In this document: piece by piece, positions 31,579-38,829 of the stretch
How positions within the stretch are numbered: position 1 is the stretch's first letter
Layout of the letters: every line of letters begins with the position of its first letter
NCBI RefSeq assembly: GCF_018977255.1
Contig: NW_024705502.1
Coordinates: 1 to 38,829, forward strand
DNA from: Callorhinchus milii
Lineage: Eukaryota
Direction: 5' to 3'
Length of the DNA stretch: 38,829 bases
Notes under the pieces: model-generated
Told to the model about the DNA's origin: nothing
The model's database searches: none
What the model saw: only the letters and a program-made list of their open reading frames with translations
Position numbers and translations under genes: made by a program

Positions 31579-34429
31579 TCTGACGACAAACATCTGGGCA
31601 GTTCACCATTGGTTCAAGCAGAGCTTGTCTCTTGCTTCTGCTGATGAGACACGGAGTTGGGCAGACTCCAAATATACAGCAGCAGCAGGCATCGACAGGG
31701 TTGGGATCGAACCCACGACCTCCTATGTACCAGGCGAGGTAGTTAATATCTCATCAGGGTCAGGATCGAATCCACAACCTCTTGTGTACCAGGCGAGGTA
31801 GTCAACATCTGGACCAAAGTCACCTGAGACCCAGGCAGCAGCAACTCGCCACAACAAACACAATTGCAAAGTTCTGTTGAGTCAGCTTATTTATTAACAA
31901 CAACAATCGATAAACAAACAATGGTCTAGATATATATGTACACATTATTACATTATAATATTTTTTTATCTCTATCCTAACTCTTCACACATGCACGTGG
32001 CTAAGCAGGCTCTAGTCCATTGGGTGGTGAGTGTGGGTGGTGTGGGTGGTGTGGTGATTGTGGGTGGTGAGTGTGGGTGGTGAGTGTGGTGTGTGTGGTG
32101 AGTGAGTGGTGTATGTGGGTGGTGAGTGTGGGTGGTGTGGTGAGTGTGGGTGGTGTGGGTGGTATGGGTGGTGTCGGTTGTGTAGGTGGGGAGTGTAGGT
32201 GAGCGACGATGACGACGATGGCGATGGGAGCTTCCCCTCCGGCTCCGCTCTGTGGAGAGAGAAGCACCAGCACCACAGCAGCGCATCGTCATCATCATCA
32301 TCATCAACATCGTCATCATCATCGCCATTGTCATCACCATCATCATCGTCGTCGTCGTCGTCGTCGTCATCATCAGACCCACAGAGACCCATAGATCCAC
32401 AGAGACCCATAGACCCATGTAGACCAGAAGCCACTTGGCCATCTCAGCTGATAGCCGAATAAAGTGGGCTGATAACATCATCTTCATCACGTGGACATTC
32501 ATAGCGGCAGTCAATTGCTCGAAGTGCGTGACGCCGATTCTCAACATGTAGGGGAAAATATGGAGGACCCTGAAAAGAATCTACGCGGTGACCACCACGG
32601 GGACAGAAACGCAGACTGCAAATATACAGCAGAAGGCATCGTCAGGGTCAGGATCGAGCCCACGACCTGCGTAACAGGCGAGGTAGTTAACACTCACTAC
32701 ATCTCGCGTTGTTCGTAAGTGCTGGTGGTGTTCGTAAGTGAGGGTGGTGTTCGTAAGTGTGGGTGGTGTTCGTAAGTGTGGGTGGTGTTCGTAAGTGTGG
32801 GTGGTGTTGGTGAGTGCTGGTGGTGTTCATAAGTCGAGCGTAGGGGCCCATGCGTACCTCCATGGTGTTGATACTCAGAGTGGCTTCTCTCATGCAGCAG
32901 TCCCCAAGGTCTCTGTGTGGAAAGCTGTGGGTAGGTGGGGGGGTGGAGATGGTGTAGAGAGTCACAACACTAACTCACATCCTCACCACTTTCCCACATC
33001 CCCCAACCAGGAACCCACCATTCTAACCACGAACTCCCATCCTCACCACAAACTCACAACACGGACTCACATCCTCACCACGAACTCAGTCACGAAAGCT
33101 CCAAATTAAGACTGATATAACAAGTCACGCAAAACATAAAATAGATATACTGTTGATATCCATCACACACTGTTGCTGTAACAACAGTCATATTTTCATT
33201 GCAACTCACGGCCACTGGAAAATTAACCAATCTGAATTGCCATGCATGCACTTTTTTTAACCACAATTCGTAGAAAATCGTTCCTTCCTTTGTGTCTACA
33301 ACAAACATCTCTTTAGTACCGGCACTCATAGTGGAAAGTCGTATAGAAATTCATACATTTGTTAACATTATTCACCCTTGGAGTGTGCACGACCATCATG
33401 CACAGTTTTAACAACACGGTTGCCAAAGACCGGTGACACGCATTGTTGTTTTCAGAGATCTAGGAGCCAGCTGCTTTGATGTTTATGAGTTTAACATTTT
33501 ACGTTGTGGCAATGAGAACCACTGTCACATCTGATGGCCCTTTCAACGTAGTTCCCGTACAAAACGTGTGCTCGGCGTTTACATCATTCTACACACAGCA
33601 GTGTGCATGAAGAGAAACTTAATTTGTCTAGACGCGAGTCATCCTGTCAATCACAGCAGTATTTTGTCGTACATAGGGCTCGTCCTAAACAGGAGGGACA
33701 TGTGAACGATGGTATCGATAATCGATTACGTATAAACTTTGACCTAGGTAACAAAATGCGACTGAAAATGTTCATGGACAATCAGTATGTTCTAAACTGT
33801 CTTCTCATTCCGATATTTTTTTGTTCAGTTGCAAGTTTGGAAGAAAAGAAAAAAGATTTAACGTGAAGAAAAATTTGATTGCCATGTTGGGTAGTTTTTG
33901 CGAAGTCTTGAGGTTTGGTTGGGGGGGGGCATACCAAAATAATTGTCCAATTCACTGCTGATTGAAGGCTTCCCCACAACATGTTTGTTATGGTTGTTGT
34001 TTGACTAGGCCCTCACTACACTGGTCATTGCAGGTTGATGAAGGGGAGCCAAGGCTGGCTCAGGTGTCGCCGCATCGCGAATGTTAAACCTCGGGCTGGG
34101 TATCAAACGTCTTCCGTCACATAAGCTATGAAAAGCAACTCTTCGAGGTTCAGTTGTACGTGAATGCACTGCGCCACCATTCCACTTTATTGTAAATCGG
34201 AAAATTTCCATAGACAAACACTGGTATCGCTGTAATACTCCACCGGAGTGTGCAATTATTACAAAATATACGACTGTTGTGTTGTGGAATAATGAATCGG
34301 TGGTTGTCCTGTGGAAAGTCTCTCTGGAATTACCACTAATGGAGATGGGTGACGCCCCAGTGCTCGCATGAACATGGGACATTGTCTTAGCTTGATTGTC
34401 GTATAATAGCCGTGAAATAATTACTAAAC

Positions 34430-34728
34430 TTTTTTGTTATTTACCAAGGAAGGCCCACTGAGCTATATAGCTCTTTTTAGAAGCGATCTGGCCACGAATG
34501 ATAGCAAAAACGAAGTGACTTATCGCTGGAAATTTTTCGCAGACAAATACTCCGAACGCATGTTTATATTCTAAATGTGGAGGGAAAAACCGGGGGATCC
34601 CTAGAAAAATCCACGCGACCACGGGAAGAACATGCAAACTCCAAATATGCTGATGTCAGGGTCGAGATCGAATCCACGACTTCGTGTATACCAGTCGAGG
34701 TAGTTAACATTTCGCTACCGTGGTAACT
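34430..34728 (-). mobile_element. Full-length V-SINE copy (clearest V-domain match in the window)
   Basis: Minus strand has a tRNA-like head, TTGGAGTTTGCATGTTCTTCCCGTGGTCGCGTGGATTTT...CCCCGGTTTTTCCCTCCACA core, and a tail ending ctcagtgggccttccttggtaaataa. Confidence 0.8.
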
Positions 34729-34747
34729 GTAATACAAGGTAATGGTA

Positions 34748-34930
34748 CAGCCCCTGCAATTATTTGTGCCACTGCTGGTGAAAGGGCCTCTGCTAGAAAT
34801 AGCTCTAGAGTGCTGTTCTAGAGGGTATTTTTTGGTGAGCTCTTCCAAGCTTGCAAGACGCCTTGGAATAGGTTGGAGTAACCCACACTTTATCCTGCCG
34901 CTCGTAGAAAACAACCCCCACAAAACATCT
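34748..34930 (-). mobile_element. Highly degenerate Tc1/mariner 3' remnant
   Basis: TA|CAGCCCCTGCAATTATTTG TIR-like end; minus-strand MWGLFSTSG and RAISSRG resemble Tc1 transposase motifs. Confidence 0.4.
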
Positions 34931-37900
34931 TTACATCATTCTGAAATTTAGTAGAGCACAATTATTACCGCACGGTATTATTATTACGTAATTAGTGCTC
35001 GTGAAGCCTTCTTCGCCGGCTACCACGCCGCTCTGTTGTACAAGCGGCACTTAGTCTCGCGTGGCTGGGCCATGCTCCTGGCAAAGTGTTCGGTTTTTGG
35101 GTACCGCGTGTGCGCGCTCAAGAGTTCGCCGGGCGATGACAACCCCTGCCCCCCCACTCAACACTTAGGGCGATCTCGTGCACAGACATCTGTAAACAGA
35201 CAACGAAAACCATGGGGCACATTTGAAAATCATTTGTTTATTGCTGCTGTAGGTCACCATTGAAAAATACATGCTTAGCTAAATGGCCGTTACCCAAAAT
35301 AACTGCCTGACTGACTATATAGTTGGTGCACATTTGCATCTGGATTAAGGTCAGACTAAACCTAACCCAAGAGCATGATCTGGAATTCTAAAGGGAATAA
35401 TTGCACCACTCTCTGACCAAGCAGAAACAGTTGGCACTGGCAGTTTGATGATCATACCTTGTCAGACTGCACTCATAGAGGTTGTTTACTGCTCCTGACA
35501 TCTTTATGGCAATCAATGTTGATGGGGTGCTATTATAGGCCCTCCTGAAAATCCACAATTATGCCACAGTCTGTCTACCTGTTGTAGGGGGAGTGCGTAT
35601 CAGACTCGCCGTGGTACCAAGGTATATGCGGATACACCCGATATGTGAACGTCTGTTGAACACGACGTTTACCAGCACCGTACGCACGGATTGGTTACGA
35701 GACACAAGATTAAAGCGCAGACTCCTTTAAACGTTGCAAGCGTGCTTTACGTACTTTAACTTCTTTCCCACCATACGTAGCCAACCGTGTTAATCGGAGG
35801 AGGTGCGGGGGCAGGACAACAAACTAAACGCAGAAGGCAGTTCTGAAAGAATGAGTCGTTCTAAAGAAATGTGCCTGGGAAGTGAGCGAATGTACACGAG
35901 ATGAAGAAACACCGCTTGAAAAGGTCGGATTTTGGAACATCGATAGAAATAAGTAATATTTAAAAATACTTTTTTTTAAACACGCTTTAATGAAATGTAC
36001 CGTACTAGTAAGGGCAGAACTCTACGATCTTGATTTTTGATTAGAGTGTGCTGATTTTTAAAGGTGCATTGAAAAATGTATATTCTGCTACTGATACTCC
36101 TGCTGTTGTGGAGTGACTCATGCAGCCAACTACAGCTGCAAAGTTTGGTCGTACATGTTACGTGTATCGTTTATTGTTAAATTTGAATCACAGTTCCTAT
36201 GATCACTGTTACATTGTTTTTATAGCCTTATTTTGGTGATTTTGAAAACGTTTTGTTTAGCCATGTTTGTTTGTTGTAGTACAGAGTTAGCCTGATAACT
36301 TTAATCTACATTGTCTTATGGTTGTTATTGTTTGACTTGCATCCCACTTGGATTTTTGCACATGGCGTTGGAATCGGTGTTTATTCTGGAAGACTTTGCT
36401 GTTTTATCCAGGATTTTTCTGTTGCGATGTTTCTTGTTTTTTTTTGCGGTTGCACCCGAGTCAAGATCCGCATGGCTCACAGGGTTATAAAACAACACAT
36501 TCCTGCGGAGGGAGCTGGTAGGAACGTTGGGTTGCTCGGTCAATGGCCAGGGTCAACGGCGGGTGGTGTATTCTGCAAATATGGCCGACTGTGAGGGCGG
36601 GCACAAGCTGGCATGAGTAGGTTAAACGTTGAGTTTTATCAGGGCACCACGGGGTGACCAGCCCCTCCCCACCCAGCCCCACCCCTCCCACCCCCCACCC
36701 AGCCACTCCCCCTCCCCACCCAGCCCCTCCCCACCCTCCCCACCCAGGCCTCCCTGCACAACGGACGGACATAATAATCCCCTGTGGGCTGGTGTACCAG
36801 AAGGTTCCAACCAGTATTAATGAAACTGAAACAAGGACTGTTAGATAAGTATCTTGGCAAGCCCTGATATGTTGCTGTTACTGTCATTGTTTAGACCCCA
36901 AGTGAGTCAGCATTTAAAACATGCATAACAAACCTTTTTAAATCTCTTAGAATATGAATAACATGTCTACAATGATTGTGTTCTGATTGCTGGCACAATT
37001 GTGCCCTACATTACATGTTGAATGTTATTCAACATTGGGGAGGAGTCTGCCTTCATGTTCAGACACTCGCTGCTGCCATAGTTGTCTCCAATCTGAAGGC
37101 ACAGCCACATGGATGGTATTTCGGACATCAAATAACCTGCGAAGTCATGCTCGGGTTATAACAAATATTTTAAGTATGGTCATATGACCCTAATGCGTAC
37201 AAGGCATGGGGGGGGGGCTTTATCAAGCATTCGATTAATACAAATGGTCTGTACATTAACATGCATGTCTGGATTAGAGATTAAATATCATTAAGTCTGG
37301 CGATGATGTTTAATGCAGGTGGAATAAACATGTTCATGTGGATGAATGAGTGATCGGACGCATGCATGATTGGGCAAACGAGCGAGTGAATAGCTTGTAA
37401 AGCAACAGGCATGAAATTTATTTAATTGGTACAGTGAGTGGTCAAATATGTAATAATTGAGAGGATGAGTAAGTCAAAAGGTTGCAAAATCTGAGCGTTG
37501 TTCCAACCTCCCCAGGCCATCCAACTTCAAACAGAATCTACTCCTTCCCAACAACATGGACAGCCAAATCAAGTGGGCTGAGATCTTGGATGACTGAGGG
37601 TAAGTCCCAGATACCTGCATCACATTGCTTATATGCAGAGAAGGAGCTCCTTGATCAATTACTTTTAGTAGACATGGCTTGGTGGTGATGGGAAGACGTA
37701 ATGAGCGAGTGTGGCTGAGAGGATGGGTTCAGATCTGAGTATCAGCCATTTTTGTTTAAACTGGGGTCTCAAGCTAAACATGACTTGTAAAGTTTTACTG
37801 CCATGTGATGAATATTTATCAATAGCAGGTCCTATTGTGTGGTAAGAGGCAATTACAGCGATCTTAAAATTATTTCTGTGAAACTCCACGTCCTTCGTTC

Positions 37901-38195
37901 TCTAATTCATTACTCGTCATTTGAATTAATTTTGTTCTTTGTATGCCAGGATCGTCGTGCCAGTCGACCACGTGCGGGACATGGATAAGGTGGACCCTTT
38001 CCCAGGCCAAAGTTGCTACAAGCATCACTCCCCAAAGGTGTGGGGTCTGTGGGGCCAAACACACAACATTTTCTCCAAAACTAGCACACCATCACACCAA
38101 AATATCACTACACCATCTCTCACATTACCTTTCTCATGACACCACACCACCACGGCCAATTAAATGCACCATCATAGAGCCTCATCATGTCTCTA

Positions 38196-38811
38196 CAATG
38201 AGGGAAAAAAGTATTTGATCCCTGCTGATTTTGTGCGTTTGCCCACTGACAAATAAATGATCAGTCTATAATTTTAATGGTAGGTTTATTTGAAGAGTGA
38301 GACAGAATAACAACAAAAATCCAGAAAAACGCATGTCAAAAATGTTTTAAATTGATTTGCATTTTAATGAGGGAAATAAGTATTTGACCCCCAGCGGTTA
38401 GCACCCTACGAACTCAGAACTACACGAGAGGATCTCGTCAATGATCTCAAGGCAGCTGGGACCATAGTCACCAAGAAAACAGTTGGTAACACACTACGCC
38501 ATGAAGGACTGAAATCCTGCAGCGCCCGCAAGGTCCCCCTGCTCAAGAAAGCACATATACATGCCCGTCTGAAGTTTGCCAATGAACATCTGAATGATTC
38601 AGAGGACAACTGGGTGAAAGTATTGTGGTCAGATGAGACCAAAATGGAGCTGTTTGGCATCAACTCAACTCGCCGTGTGTGAATGAGGAATGCTGCCTAT
38701 GACCGCAAGAACACCATCCCCACTGTCAAACATGGAGGTGGAAACATTATGCTTTGGGGGTGTTTTTCTGCTAAGGGGACAGGACAACTTCACTGCATCA
38801 AAGGGACGATG
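38196..38811 (+). mobile_element. Tc1-family (IR/DR type) transposon: left TIR plus internally deleted, inactivated transposase
   Basis: TA|caatgagggaaaaaagtatttgatccc outer DR; inner DR 38365-38391. From about 38416: RTTREDLVNDLKAAG...ARKVPLLKKAH...VLWSDETKMELFG..., then after a stop/deletion [22 protein letters not shown]. Confidence 0.93.
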
Positions 38812-38829
38812 TAAGGGATCATCTACCGT

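Larger units (their letters stand above)
29400..33090 (-). pseudogene. Internally deleted tandem duplicate of the kinase locus
   Basis: About 29400-32690 is colinear with about 4000-11195, and 32689-33088 is colinear with about 27619-28215. It keeps the terminal exon (31972-32249) and the small 5' exon (32858-32924) but no kinase exons. Confidence 0.85.

Noticed and set aside
31640..31665. CTGATGAG hammerhead-like half core
   Set aside because: No stem II or downstream GAAA, and the paralogous site at about 9280 lacks the core
33090..34430. Unique-looking sequence with short ORFs (33090-33329, 34005-34382)
   Set aside because: No recognisable motif in the frames I read; possibly an old transposon remnant
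37939..38139. RIVVPVDHVRDMDKVDPFP resembles a PRIM1 primase motif
   Set aside because: Short match with no convincing splice context or neighbouring exons; probably chance

Overview
Eukaryotic, repeat-dense genomic DNA, probably lamprey (inferred from V-SINE-type elements, a fish/lamprey-type Tc1 and GC-rich exons among minisatellites). Most ORFs in the supplied track are artefacts of tandem repeats. The main gene is a spliced minus-strand kinase at about 9.6-29.1 kb that the ORF track misses. I reconstructed 10 coding exons by hand, plus 2 tentative 5' exons. Exon lengths, phases and motifs match DYRK4 as I recall it. The DYRK activation segment (YxY-IQSRFYRSPE) is replaced by [13 protein letters not shown], while the catalytic residues are kept. 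Two 1-bp deletions interrupt its frame. The same defect occurs five times in a full-length RTE LINE in one intron, which suggests long-read consensus errors. The locus is tandemly duplicated, and the second copy (29.4-33.1 kb) has lost all kinase exons. A 3.7-kb array of a 64-bp unit appears to derive from the zinc-finger-coding 3' end of a second RTE-like LINE. The window also holds a CpG-rich, possibly bidirectional promoter, a candidate hammerhead ribozyme, V-SINE copies, a Tigger-like MITE and Tc1 remnants. All comparisons to known families are from memory; no searches were run.
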